Source: Candidatus Bathyarchaeia archaeon (GTDB lineage: Archaea > Thermoproteota > Bathyarchaeia > Bathyarchaeales > Bathycorpusculaceae). From it: 64,000 nt of DNA. Both the position numbers and the translations under genes were made by a program. Numbering within the stretch: position 1 is the stretch's first letter; each line of letters starts with the position of its first letter. This document shows positions 8,045 to 17,678 of this stretch, in pieces. The notes under the pieces were generated by a model. The model had not been told where the DNA came from, did not search any database, and saw only the letters and a program-made list of their open reading frames with translations. The stretch covers positions 224,001 to 288,000 of the forward strand of contig JAVZNC010000001.1 of NCBI GenBank assembly GCA_038882955.1, given 5' to 3'.

Positions 8045-8140
8045 CAAAAAGCTCTAAGTCTCATAGCGCTAGTTGCCTTCACGAGAGATAGGGTGATTAT
8101 TGCACTTTATAGAACAAATCTCTATAATAATGTTCTATAA

Positions 8141-8719
8141 TTAAACAAGTGACCCAAAAATTTCTTGTGCCGCCTTTTTATAAATTTCAAAATCCTGCTT
8201 CGAAAACAGAACGAGTACAACCTCTTCGAGTTTATCCTCCCTTTCGACAAACTCCTTTATAGTCGCCAACGCTACTTTACACGCCTTCTCTATAGGATAT
8301 CCGTATGCACCCGTGCTTATTGATGGAAAGGCTATTGTCTTCAATCCTTTTGAAACAGCTAACATTAGCGAGTTGCGGTAGGCTTCAGCCAAAAGTTCTG
8401 GTTCGCCGTGGGTTCCACCGCGCCAAATAGGGCCAACGGTGTGGATGATGTATTTAGCTTTTAGGTTTCCTCCAGAGGTTATAACCGCCTTTCCCGTCGG
8501 AAGTCCGTTTGGCCATTCTGTTGCCCTTATGCGTTTGCATTCTTCTAGGATTTTTGGTCCGCCTTTGCGGTGTATTGCGCCGTCGACGCCTCCGCCCCCC
8601 ATGAGTGTCGTGTTTGCCGCGTTTACTATTGCATCTGTGTCCATCTCTGTTATGTCGCCTTGAACAAGGCAGATTTTTGTCTTACCAATTTTGAAAGATA
8701 CAGACATTGTTATCCACAA
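8141..8719 (-). CDS. Macro-domain O-acetyl-ADP-ribose deacetylase (YmdB-like)
   Basis: GDIT, NAAN..LMGGGGVDGAIH, FPSISTGAYGYP. Confidence 0.92.
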   Translation of the reverse strand: MWITMSVSFKIGKTKICLVQGDITEMDTDAIVNAANTTLMGGGGVDGAIHRKGGPKILEECKRIRATEWPNGLPTGKAVITSGGNLKAKYIIHTVGPIWRGGTHGEPELLAEAYRNSLMLAVSKGLKTIAFPSISTGAYGYPIEKACKVALATIKEFVEREDKLEEVVLVLFSKQDFEIYKKAAQEIFGSLV

Positions 8720-8858
8720 TATCTTTTCATCAAAAATTTGCTTAAAATTTTAATCCTAAACCCAGAGAATAAAGGACTGTCATAAGACTCATAAGACTTT
8801 GGTTTTTAAGTTTAAATATGCCTTTTACTGAAAACTACATAGGAGTGGTTATAGAATC

Positions 8859-9159
8859 TTGAAACGCGATCTGCTGAAAAGTTACTTCTGGGGATTTGTT
8901 ACAGGTTCAGGAATTACAAGTTTAATTCTTCTTATATACTTAAGAGCTGTATTCCAAATCCAAATAATTGGACCCGCCCACTCCGATTACGGTTGGGTAA
9001 CTTTTATTCTTGGAATAGAGCATCCTAATGGTTACTGGTATAACAGTATGGTTGGATAATACAACTACCTTTATAGTTTTAGCAGTCTTTGTGATTTTCT
9101 TTAGCATACTCCTCAGCATAATAACATTTAAAGAGAGTAAGCCGCGGGAAATTAATTAA
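8859..9159 (+). pseudogene. Small membrane protein with an apparent +1 frameshift near 9018
   Basis: Hydrophobic frame continues in +1 as SILMVTGITVWLDNTTTFIVLAVFVIFFSILLSIITFKESKPREIN* to 9159. Confidence 0.55.
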
Positions 9160-9219
9160 AAAAGTTGAGTAAACATCTATTCTGTGGTGGTTTTTAAAGA
9201 TTGTTTGGGTTAAAAATTT

Positions 9220-9984
9220 TTAGTATGTATATTTGTCTCCTCCAGCGAGTATGCGCTCCAAAGCCATGTTAAAGTTTATCATTCCATCATTTGTTTTGGC
9301 GGAAATTGGAATTAAGAGGAATTTTAGGCCAAGTTGGTGTATTGCACGCATCATGTTTCTGCTCAACAGACGCTTCGTACCCTCAAGTTTTTGTTCAATT
9401 GCGTCTTCCAGCGCAGCAGGATTGGCGGACCAGTCGACAATTTTGTCAACTTCGTCCTTTGGAAGTATGTCGCATTTTGAGAGTAAATGGACTTGTGGTA
9501 AGAGAAAACGGTTGTAAACGGCTGCTGAAAGGAAAAGATTGGACACGTAGTTGAGTGGGGTAGCGCAGAAGGCGGCATCAAAAAGGTATACTATGGCTTT
9601 TGGCTGTTCCCGTAATAACTCATTGGCAATGAAAGGCCCGCTTGCCCTAAAAGCGAAAAGCTCCATTTGCCCAGGCGTGTCAACAACGACGACGTCGGAT
9701 TTCAAGTCTTCAATTTCGCTTGAAATCTTTTCAATTTCATCCGCGATTAGGTCTGCGGCCATTATCAAGGCTCCATTTGGGCCTAACTCGTATTGTTCCA
9801 TGAGGCTTTCTATGCTTATGTAGTCGCGTACGTCAACATCAGGCGTGTATGGAAGCGTCAACGCTCCTGGGTCAAGGTTTACTATTGCAACGTCTTGTTT
9901 TGCCATTCTTAGCCATTCGCTGAATGATGCGGTAAGCATGGATTTTCCAGAGCCGGCTGTTCCAATAATGAAAACTGTAAACAT
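9220..9984 (-). CDS. GPN-loop GTPase
   Basis: GTAGSGKS, NLDPG, LGPNG, DTPGQMELF. Confidence 0.92.
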   Translation of the reverse strand: MFTVFIIGTAGSGKSMLTASFSEWLRMAKQDVAIVNLDPGALTLPYTPDVDVRDYISIESLMEQYELGPNGALIMAADLIADEIEKISSEIEDLKSDVVVVDTPGQMELFAFRASGPFIANELLREQPKAIVYLFDAAFCATPLNYVSNLFLSAAVYNRFLLPQVHLLSKCDILPKDEVDKIVDWSANPAALEDAIEQKLEGTKRLLSRNMMRAIHQLGLKFLLIPISAKTNDGMINFNMALERILAGGDKYTY

Positions 9985-10056
9985 GCTGCTGTGCCTCTTT
10001 TTAGCGTGTGTCTTGTTGATTTAGCATTATCAGATTTACTTTGGACTGTAAAAGTT

Positions 10057-11193
10057 TTATGTTGGAACTTCTGGTGGCGGCGGTGGTATTGGCTCTTGAG
10101 GTGCGGGCGTTGTTCGCCGTGATATCAAGAAAATCGCACAGCCGACCACCGTTAATGTTATTGTGAAAGCCAGCAGTACAAAGAAGAATGGCGACAGAAC
10201 TGTGATGGCTATCGTTGGGCTGTCTGCTCCGCCATAATCATTGTCTCCAAACCAGCTTGCGCGGACAAAACATACACCCGTCGTGTTCGCGGTCCAAACG
10301 TATGAAAATTCACCGTTGGCGTTTGTTGTAGCCGTTCCCAAAACAAGCCATTGTAAGCCGCCAACCCGCAAGTAAATCGTTACTGTTTCGCCCGAAAGGC
10401 TTGGAGATAATCTTCCAGAAATTGTAACAGTGCTTCCTTCTATAGCGAATGGTGATGAGACTGCCAGTGAAAGGGCTGACGATTCTAACGGCTTGTAACT
10501 TGCTGAAACTTGCCCAAACTTTGTTTGGTCACAGTTCTCAAGTGTGATAACTTTTGTCGTGTTTAACGTTGGAATTAGGTCTGGAGGGCATTCGCCGACA
10601 CGCCAGCTATCGAATAAGGAGCCTCCTGTGCATTCTGCTATGTAATATCTTTTATCGTTTAATGTAACGTAGCAAACTGTGCCTCTGGCGTCACGTGGCA
10701 CATGAGAGAGGCTTACGCCCACGTTCATGTGAAATTGATTTTCATAGTAGAGCAGGACGACGTCTAATCCGCCAGCCATCATGATTGACGCTGCCATATA
10801 AGAGAAGACGTCGCAGTCTCCAATGTTTTCAACAATTGTTTCTACTGGGTATTTTGCGCCGCTTTCGTTATATGGTATTTGATGCACAATCATAAGCACG
10901 CCGTTAGCGAAATCTTCATCGTCACCGTAAATGTCCCAGAGGCGTTCGGCAATTGGTGCCACTGGGTATGGTGTTACAAATTTTGGAAAATCGCTTATCG
11001 AAGTTAGTTGGTGGCTCTGCGACTTGTAAAAATCATAGAGGGACTGCTGGACAGTGACCGTTAAAAGGTAATGCGTGGAACCGTTTGGGTGATTTAAGAT
11101 TTGATATGTTCTAGCTGTTTGGGAGAAGGAATAAGGTGTTAAATAGGAAATTACGATTAAAACTGTGAGCGCGATTATGGCAAGTTTTTTCAT
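10057..11193 (-). CDS. Membrane-anchored transglutaminase-like cysteine protease with Ig-like domain
   Basis: Signal peptide; YPVET..GDCD, HMNVGV, YYIAECT (C-H-E); C-terminal TM and Pro-rich tail. Confidence 0.75.
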   Translation of the reverse strand: MKKLAIIALTVLIVISYLTPYSFSQTARTYQILNHPNGSTHYLLTVTVQQSLYDFYKSQSHQLTSISDFPKFVTPYPVAPIAERLWDIYGDDEDFANGVLMIVHQIPYNESGAKYPVETIVENIGDCDVFSYMAASIMMAGGLDVVLLYYENQFHMNVGVSLSHVPRDARGTVCYVTLNDKRYYIAECTGGSLFDSWRVGECPPDLIPTLNTTKVITLENCDQTKFGQVSASYKPLESSALSLAVSSPFAIEGSTVTISGRLSPSLSGETVTIYLRVGGLQWLVLGTATTNANGEFSYVWTANTTGVCFVRASWFGDNDYGGADSPTIAITVLSPFFFVLLAFTITLTVVGCAIFLISRRTTPAPQEPIPPPPPEVPT

Positions 11194-11250
11194 AGGAGAT
11201 TTTGTTGCAAAACAGATTTAAGGGATTTATGAACTGCCAATCAACAATTA

Positions 11251-12036
11251 TTAAATCTCTACTAATGTTTTCTGTCTCTTACTGAAAATGCATGCATAAG
11301 CGTAACCAGTTCTTTTTGCAAGAACTAGCGCCTCTTTGAAATTTCTACCTAAATCTTCTGGGTTGTGCGCGTCCGAACCGAAAACTATTGGCACATCATA
11401 AGCGTGAAGTATTTTCAGTAATTCCTCGCTTGGATAGATTTCTGCGCATGGTCTCCTTAATCCAGCAGTGTTAATCTCCACACACATTTTTGATTTTGCG
11501 ATTGCCTCCGATGTTTCAATTAAAATATCAGAGAAATCGCAGTTCGGCTTAAATCCGAAAATTTTAATGAGGTCTAAATGTGCCACAACATCAAAGAGGC
11601 GGGAACCACACATTTCTTTAATTAGGCTAAAGTACGCTCTATAGGTTTGCAGAATATCTCTTTTCAAGTATTCATGTTTTTGATGTGGGTTGTCAATTCC
11701 CCAACTGCCAATAAAGTGAACTGCGCCGATAACATAGTCAAAAGGGTATTTCTGGATAAACTCTTTGATTCTGTCTTTGTCTTCTGGGAAAAAATCAATT
11801 TCAACGCCCAGTTTTATTGATGTTTCGTCCCTTTGTTTTAGCGCTAGAAAATTTTCGATGTAAGCTGGCATTTGCTGCTGACGCATACGTGAATAATTGC
11901 CTATTTCATGTAGCGATATGTGGTCTGAAAAGCCTATTTCGTCTATTCCCTTTTCCACTGCTTTCTTAACATAATCCTTAATTGTGCCCACCGCATCTGG
12001 CGAAGCTTCTGTGTGCACATGATAATCCATAATCAT
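11251..12036 (-). CDS. Histidinol-phosphatase, HisJ/PHP family
   Basis: DYHVHT, FSDH, EINTAGLR, GSDAH. Confidence 0.88.
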   Translation of the reverse strand: MIMDYHVHTEASPDAVGTIKDYVKKAVEKGIDEIGFSDHISLHEIGNYSRMRQQQMPAYIENFLALKQRDETSIKLGVEIDFFPEDKDRIKEFIQKYPFDYVIGAVHFIGSWGIDNPHQKHEYLKRDILQTYRAYFSLIKEMCGSRLFDVVAHLDLIKIFGFKPNCDFSDILIETSEAIAKSKMCVEINTAGLRRPCAEIYPSEELLKILHAYDVPIVFGSDAHNPEDLGRNFKEALVLAKRTGYAYACIFSKRQKTLVEI

Positions 12037-12863
12037 TGTTTTGCCAGCTTTTGCGTTAAAACCACTTTTCCGCCTTCTTTCTTCACGAGTTCGGACAGCT
12101 GAATTAATGCTTTTCCAACACGGTCTTTGGCTGTTTTGGAATCCTTCGCTGTTGTTGAGAAGTGAAGTTCAATTTGCGGTTTTTTCTCCTCGCCCTTCGG
12201 ATGAGACTTGATGTAGACGTGGGGATTATCATGCATGGTTCTGTCAATTAAAGGTGCCAAAGCTGACTCCATAATACCACTCACATAAATGCTCGCCTCG
12301 TAAAAAGTAACTTCTCCAGCCTTCTTCCTCAGCAATGGCATAACAGAATCTTCAAAAATAGCCTCCATCTCCGAGGGAACCCCCGGCAAGGCTATAAGGA
12401 CCGTCTCATTAACCTCCAAAATTACGCCAGGGGCTGTTCCAACGGGATTCGGCAGCGGCTGCGACTTTTCTGGGAGCCTAGCCATTTTAACCCTTGCTGG
12501 TGTGAGCTCCACTTTTTCGATTTTTCCAGTTTTCATGTACGCCTCATACTTTTCCCTAACCATTTCCAAGGCTTTCTCGTTAATTTCCAACTTTAGATTT
12601 AGCGCTTCAGCTATTCCTTCGAGAGTTTTGTCGTCAAATGTTGGTCCTAAACCACCAGTCGTTATTATGAATATTGGTTTGCGTTGTAAGGCTTCACGTA
12701 TGACGCCTGCAATGGCTGCCACGTCATCTTCAACAACTGTTATGCGTTTAACTGTGAATCCAGCTGTAGTTGCGCGCTTGGCAAGCCATTGAGCGTTTGT
12801 GTTTAACGTTTTACCGATAAGCAACTCATTGCCTACGCAGATTATCTCCATCTCATTGCCCAT
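12033..12863 (-). CDS. CinA-like molybdopterin-binding-domain protein
   Basis: VGNELLIG, TGGLGPTFDDKT, LPGVPSEM. Confidence 0.88.
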   Translation of the reverse strand: MGNEMEIICVGNELLIGKTLNTNAQWLAKRATTAGFTVKRITVVEDDVAAIAGVIREALQRKPIFIITTGGLGPTFDDKTLEGIAEALNLKLEINEKALEMVREKYEAYMKTGKIEKVELTPARVKMARLPEKSQPLPNPVGTAPGVILEVNETVLIALPGVPSEMEAIFEDSVMPLLRKKAGEVTFYEASIYVSGIMESALAPLIDRTMHDNPHVYIKSHPKGEEKKPQIELHFSTTAKDSKTAKDRVGKALIQLSELVKKEGGKVVLTQKLAKQ

Positions 12864-12959
12864 CTTCTCACTTTCTAGAAACTAAAAGTTGCTGAAAAAT
12901 AAAACTTGCTCGCCATATTAACGGCTAACTTATCACTCCTAAAAGCCGCGGTTTTAGGG

Positions 12960-13169
12960 CTACTTTTTCTTGCTACTAAGCCACCACTTCAAATATTCCT
13001 TTCTGCGCTTTTCCTGCTCCTCTTCCTTGCTTTCAAAGGATGGTCTCAGCTTGTCTCTAAGCTCTATAAGCTCTTGTTGTGTTACCGAAAGCCCGCAGCT
13101 TTTGCAAACGTAATGTTTTGTGGCTATTATGTATTGCATTTCGCCACCGCATTCTGGGCAGTATGGCAT
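12960..13169 (-). CDS. Small zinc-ribbon protein
   Basis: CPECGG...CKSCG; C-terminal EYLKWWL. Confidence 0.8.
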   Translation of the reverse strand: MPYCPECGGEMQYIIATKHYVCKSCGLSVTQQELIELRDKLRPSFESKEEEQEKRRKEYLKWWLSSKKK

Positions 13170-13259
13170 TTCAACACCATTTTAACACATATCTTAAGAA
13201 TGGAATGCGCGTTGCTGGATAAAAGGGTTTTTAAACCAAAAAGAAAACCTAACCTAAAA

Positions 13260-13432
13260 TCATGTTAAGATTTCTATTAGCTTGCATGCAGTATGAATGC
13301 AGTTGGCGCAATACCATTTGTCAAGTTGCAGTATGTAAATGGCGTATGCTTCATTTCTACAGATGTCACATTTATGCCAACTAACAATCGCTTTTGTTCT
13401 ATGAGTCGTTTTAAGCGTTCTGTATCCCTCAT
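13260..13432 (-). pseudogene. Small zinc-finger gene with an apparent frameshift (not in the ORF track)
   Basis: MRDTERLKRLIEQK in one frame joins AIVSWHKCDIC...WYCANC...ILT* in the -1 frame at an A4 run near 13395. Confidence 0.5.
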
Positions 13433-13507
13433 CAAAGGCTGCGGAGAGTGGAATGCAAAGGGCATCTATAAAATATACCTTTCGTAAAATTCTACTTACA
13501 AAATGTT

Positions 13508-14611
13508 TTATGTAATAAAGTTTACAAGTTTTGCTTTATTGGCAAAATGCAACGCCTTATCCATCTCTTCCCTCGTGAGTCGTCTGCACAGTTCTGGAAT
13601 TTCATAAGCCCGCCATTCTGGTCTATACTGAAACATTAGATTCACTCGGGTTTCAACGCCAAGGTTTTCAGCTATCCAGTTTATGATGGGCTTTGCGCAA
13701 CATTCAAGATGCCCTGGTAAGACGAGTATGCGAATTATGAGTTCGCCATACTTTTTCGCTTCTAAATGGTTAGATGTGCAGACTTGCCAATAATTCGGGG
13801 CATCTGAAATTCTTTTAGCACATTCGCCTGGTCCATACTTGAAATCCAGTAGGTAAACGTCTGTAAAGCCAACCAGCAACTGTGCTGTTTCTGGACTGTA
13901 GTATGTGTTTGAGTTCCAAACAACTGGTATGTTAGCGTTTACATGTTTGAATGTTTCAAGCCACTGTTCAAGCCATGGTGTTGGTTCTCCGCCCACAAGG
14001 TTTGCGTTTCTGCATCCGCTGTTTCGGAGCTGTTCAACTTCTTCTGCCAGTTCTTGTGGCGTGTAAACTTCGCCATTTTCAATCCATTGAGAAATTGTCC
14101 AGTTTTGACAGTGTTTGCAACGCATTGTACAGCCCATTGTAAAGATTGTTCCAGATGGCACAAGCTCTGGTTCTTCTCCAACATGCTCAAAAATGCTTGA
14201 AACGGTTATTTCTTTGCCGCACCTACAATAGCCAAGCTCGCCCTCTGCCCTGTTGACTCCACATCTGCGAGTGCAAAAGTGGCATTCAAAAAGGATTTTC
14301 TTTGCAATTTCGATTTTCAAGTCCAAATAAGATTTTTCAGGAGTCGGCATTTTCTGCAAAGAGATACGCCCAGCGTCAATTTTCCTTTCCAACTCATAGA
14401 ACTCTCTTGTAAGCTTCTCGTGTTCTTGCCAAAGCGCCTCTAAAGAATCATTACTAAAATCTGCTGGGACTCTTTTCGCGATGAGGAACCTTGCTGGCTT
14501 CTCATTTTGCATGACGGCAATGTATCTGCCTAGGCTTTTCCTAACGGCTTCTTCACCGAGCACAAATGTGGCGTCTGGACGCAGAATTCTCCACATTTCA
14601 TCTTCAACCAT
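13508..14611 (-). CDS. Radical SAM protein, PflX-like
   Basis: CHFCTRRCGVNR, GEEPELVPSGTIF, CTMRCKHCQNWTISQ. Confidence 0.88.
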   Translation of the reverse strand: MVEDEMWRILRPDATFVLGEEAVRKSLGRYIAVMQNEKPARFLIAKRVPADFSNDSLEALWQEHEKLTREFYELERKIDAGRISLQKMPTPEKSYLDLKIEIAKKILFECHFCTRRCGVNRAEGELGYCRCGKEITVSSIFEHVGEEPELVPSGTIFTMGCTMRCKHCQNWTISQWIENGEVYTPQELAEEVEQLRNSGCRNANLVGGEPTPWLEQWLETFKHVNANIPVVWNSNTYYSPETAQLLVGFTDVYLLDFKYGPGECAKRISDAPNYWQVCTSNHLEAKKYGELIIRILVLPGHLECCAKPIINWIAENLGVETRVNLMFQYRPEWRAYEIPELCRRLTREEMDKALHFANKAKLVNFIT

Positions 14612-14613
14612 GA

Positions 14614-15669
14614 TTAAAACAAAGCGTATGGATAAGCGTACCCGCTTGCATGCAACTTACCCTTAATTGGAATTTCTTTACCACAAACTGGACAGCGCAT
14701 GTCCTTCGTAAGGTTCCACTTTGTAATCTCAAAGCTGAACCGTTTTATTAGAAGCTCATTACAGTTTGGACAGTAAGTGTTCTCGCTGGGATGCCCCGGC
14801 ACATTTCCAATGTAAACGTAGTTTAGTCCAGCATCCTTGGCGGTTATGTAGGCTTTCTCCAAAGTTTCAATAGGCGTTGAAGGAATATTCGTAAGCTGGT
14901 AATCTGGATGGAAACGTAAAAGATGCAGTGGCGTGTCCCTCCCAAGATTCTCCCTAATCCATGCAGCGAGTTCCTTAATTCTTTCAAGCGAATCACCAAT
15001 CTTCGGAACAACCAAATTCGTTATTTCAATATGTATTCCGTTTCGCCGCATCTCCTTCAAAGACTCAAAAATAGGCTCGACGGACGGCACAGACGAGAAG
15101 GATTTATAAAACGCTGGGTCTCCGCCACCCTTAAAATCCACAGTTGCAGCATCCAAGTAGGGCGCTATTGTTTTTACGGCTTCTGGCGTCATATAACCAT
15201 TCGTGACAAAAGTGTTGAAAAAACCGACTTGGTGGGCAAGTTTCGCAGTATCATATGCATATTCGAAGAAAATTGTTGGTTCAGTGTAGGTGTAACTTAT
15301 GCCTTGGCATCCATTGTCCCTTGTTGCTTTAACAACTTCTTCTGGCGGAAAATGTTTACCTTCAATGTTCTCTTCTTGACTTATCATCCAATTGTCGCAG
15401 AACTGGCACCTAAAATTGCAGCCCACCGTGGCAATTGACATAACTGAAGCACCAGGATTAAAGTGAGAGAGGGGTTTCTTCCCTATAGGGTCCACGCATG
15501 CAGATATAGCCTTTGCATAAACAAGCGAATAAAGCGTTCCGCCCTCATTTTTTCTTACAAGGCAGAATCCAATTTTGCCATCGTTTATGAGGCATCTTCT
15601 CCCGCAAAGATTGCATCTAACCTTTTTGTCTCCGATTTTCTCGTAGAGCATTGCCTCATGAAGCGACAT
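14614..15669 (-). CDS. amrS: AmmeMemoRadiSam system radical SAM enzyme
   Basis: DPIGKKPLSHF, GCNFRCQFCDNW, YTYTEPT, LRFHPDY, YVYIGNV. Confidence 0.88.
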   Translation of the reverse strand: MSLHEAMLYEKIGDKKVRCNLCGRRCLINDGKIGFCLVRKNEGGTLYSLVYAKAISACVDPIGKKPLSHFNPGASVMSIATVGCNFRCQFCDNWMISQEENIEGKHFPPEEVVKATRDNGCQGISYTYTEPTIFFEYAYDTAKLAHQVGFFNTFVTNGYMTPEAVKTIAPYLDAATVDFKGGGDPAFYKSFSSVPSVEPIFESLKEMRRNGIHIEITNLVVPKIGDSLERIKELAAWIRENLGRDTPLHLLRFHPDYQLTNIPSTPIETLEKAYITAKDAGLNYVYIGNVPGHPSENTYCPNCNELLIKRFSFEITKWNLTKDMRCPVCGKEIPIKGKLHASGYAYPYALF

Positions 15670-15733
15670 CTAATTCTCCTTAAACATTGAAGGCGAAACC
15701 ACACTTGTAAACTTTTTTCCTTCGCGAAGCAAT

Positions 15734-16330
15734 TCACTTATCCTTTTTGGAAGCGGCTTTTTCCATGAGTTCAAAGACAAGTGGCGGCGTCAAGGTTTTA
15801 ACATCCAACTTCACGCCTAAAAGTCCCTCGAGGAAGCCAGCCCAGATTTCTGGTTCTGTTATGAAGGGCGTTTTGATGAGGATATACTTATCCTTTAAAA
15901 AGAAGTCGCCGAACCCTTGAACCCTTAAACGTTTAAAAATTTCAGTCCATTTTTCGCTGTTTGAGGCTTGTATGCCGAGCGTCGCCTCCATGGAAACTTT
16001 TGTTGCTTCGCCCATTTTTCTGCCTATTTCTCGCCACCTTTCCCTCGGAATTTCGCTTATGAGGATGTTGAGTAATTCAACGTTTATGAAGGCTATTCGG
16101 CTTATGCCACAATAATATTCACCTGGAAAACGCCAATCATAAATCATCATGCTCCTATAAACATCAAGCATCTTAGAAATAAGCGGCTTTATGCCAGGCT
16201 CCTTTCCCTCGCGAATGAGCGAATCAATAAACTCCCGCTCTTCCTTTTCAAGGATAATCGTTGTTCTTTTAGCTGCCTCCTCGTTTTTCCTCATAATTTC
16301 TTCAAGTTTTTTCTCTTTTTCGTTTTGCAT
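15734..16330 (-). CDS. Putative regulator: RHH-like N-terminus plus V4R-like domain
   Basis: KRTTIILE..EREFIDSLI..GIKPLISKML; LRVQGFG and GFLEGLLG. Confidence 0.6.
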   Translation of the reverse strand: MQNEKEKKLEEIMRKNEEAAKRTTIILEKEEREFIDSLIREGKEPGIKPLISKMLDVYRSMMIYDWRFPGEYYCGISRIAFINVELLNILISEIPRERWREIGRKMGEATKVSMEATLGIQASNSEKWTEIFKRLRVQGFGDFFLKDKYILIKTPFITEPEIWAGFLEGLLGVKLDVKTLTPPLVFELMEKAASKKDK

Positions 16331-16333
16331 AAC

Positions 16334-16363
16334 TGCTATATCTTATAGCATATCTTATATGCT
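16334..16363. promoter_or_regulatory. Two overlapping palindromes (putative operator)
   Basis: TGCTATA-tct-TATAGCA (16334-16350) and AGCATAT-ctt-ATATGCT (16347-16363). Confidence 0.5.
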
Positions 16364-16423
16364 TTGCTAACCCCACATCAACAAACCGAACAATTTTTAA
16401 CAAAGCATAAAAATTTAATATTC

Positions 16424-16478
16424 GCCGATGAAGAGCTTACCTGTCTGAAGCGGTGATGCACCCTGGGGTATCTGAGGC
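16424..16478 (+). ncRNA. Box C/D guide sRNA
   Basis: GCC/GGC termini; C box (cc)GATGA, D' CTGA 16445-48, C' GTGATGC 16453-59, D CTGA 16472-75; 12-13-nt guides; TATA-like TTTTAA about 25 nt upstream. Confidence 0.8.
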
Positions 16479-16490
16479 AAAAAGCAGATT

Positions 16491-16739
16491 TCAAGAGACA
16501 AACTTGTTCTTAATCAGGTACCAAAACAAAGCCAAACCAGCAATGAACAAAACAAAGCCGCATGCCACTGAAATAGCAAAGCCTATGTCAAGAAGCCTCT
16601 GAAGCACATAAACCACATATGTTGGACCAGCAAATGTTAGGAAAGCAGCCAAAACGACAAGAAAGGTTCTCCAGAGTTTCGAGTTTAAACCGCCAATTCT
16701 CGCTGAAGACCTTTTTACCTTCTGTTCCTCTTCGGTCAT
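16491..16739 (-). CDS. Small two-TM membrane protein
   Basis: Two hydrophobic helices; GGTGA SD. Confidence 0.72.
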   Translation of the reverse strand: MTEEEQKVKRSSARIGGLNSKLWRTFLVVLAAFLTFAGPTYVVYVLQRLLDIGFAISVACGFVLFIAGLALFWYLIKNKFVS

Positions 16740-16798
16740 GCACGTTCACCGTCCATTAAACACTTTTCATGCTATGCGTTAGTTTTTGGCGTTTCCTC

Positions 16799-17443
16799 TT
16801 ATAACCCTTCCTTTACCTCGTTTCCAAAAGCTTTCATAAGAAACTTGAAGACCGCGAAGGCTGCGCCGCGATCCGCCCTAAAACCAGTGGTTGCACCTAA
16901 TAGGCATACGCCGTCTATATTGCGTTCCTTTGCAAGCGCAAGCGTCAAACCGGCAGCACCGACAATTCTTCCCTTACTATAGATTACAGCGCCCTTCTCC
17001 ATAAATTCCGCCGCTAGCCTAGGCGAAGTTGCAGCCACGTAAACTTGCGTCTTCTCCTCTGTGAGAGGCACACCGCCTATGGTGACAACAAAACTGCATC
17101 CGAGTTTCTCTACAAAATCCAATATTTCACTGCATATCTCATAATGCGCCACAACATCCTCGAAGGAAGGTTGCGTGTCCCCAGTCATTATGACAAAATC
17201 AGTCTTTTCCATGGGCGCAGCATAAAACTCGTACCTGGGCAGGCGGCAAATCCCCTTCGTGCTAACAGACACATAATCGGGAAAAGAAGGCGAATAAAAC
17301 TCTGCAAAGGGTTTAGCGCCACAAAACTTTATCAACAAATCAGCTGCAATCTTCCCAACATTACCCAAACCAGGAAGACCTTGAACAAAAACAGGCTTAT
17401 CCAGAGATGGAGCAAATAAGCAGTTGAAGTAGGGCTTATCCAT
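16799..17443 (-). CDS. PAC2-family proteasome assembly chaperone-like protein
   Basis: GLPGLGNVGKIAA, TGDTQP, IVGAAGL; start set at MDKPYF. Confidence 0.85.
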   Translation of the reverse strand: MDKPYFNCLFAPSLDKPVFVQGLPGLGNVGKIAADLLIKFCGAKPFAEFYSPSFPDYVSVSTKGICRLPRYEFYAAPMEKTDFVIMTGDTQPSFEDVVAHYEICSEILDFVEKLGCSFVVTIGGVPLTEEKTQVYVAATSPRLAAEFMEKGAVIYSKGRIVGAAGLTLALAKERNIDGVCLLGATTGFRADRGAAFAVFKFLMKAFGNEVKEGL

Positions 17444-17545
17444 GCACGCTTCACGCCAAACCCAATAAACAACAAGCAAACTAAAAAATATTTTCAAAAG
17501 CGTTTCCCAAAAAGATTTAAGAAACCACACGTTCAGCATACAAAT

Positions 17546-17624
17546 AGCGGGGTGGGGTAGCCAGGATTAACCCGCTGGGCTCATAACCCAGAGATCGGTC
17601 GTTCAAATCGACCCCCCGCTACCA
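17546..17624 (+). tRNA. Initiator tRNA-Met(CAT)
   Basis: A1:U72 acceptor AGCGGGG/CCCCGCT, three G-C pairs in the anticodon stem, anticodon CAT 17582-84, encoded CCA. Confidence 0.96.
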
Positions 17625-17678
17625 AAAATTGTTTAATTTAATTTGGTTTGTCAAGAAAGAAGGGAGGTTACGTGTGCT

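Noticed and set aside
12789-12806. LNTNAQ peptide in the CinA-like gene matching the element's repeat peptide
   Set aside because: This falls in the conserved family motif region (GxxxD/NTN), and the DNA match is short, so it is coincidental
13277-13487. ORF-track calls 13277-13465 (-) and 13293-13487 (+)
   Set aside because: Neither has a motif; the zinc-finger signal is in a different frame
13508-15669. Tandem radical SAM genes as a novel RiPP cluster
   Set aside because: Both belong to widespread families (AmrS, PflX-like), with no precursor, transporter or protease evidence
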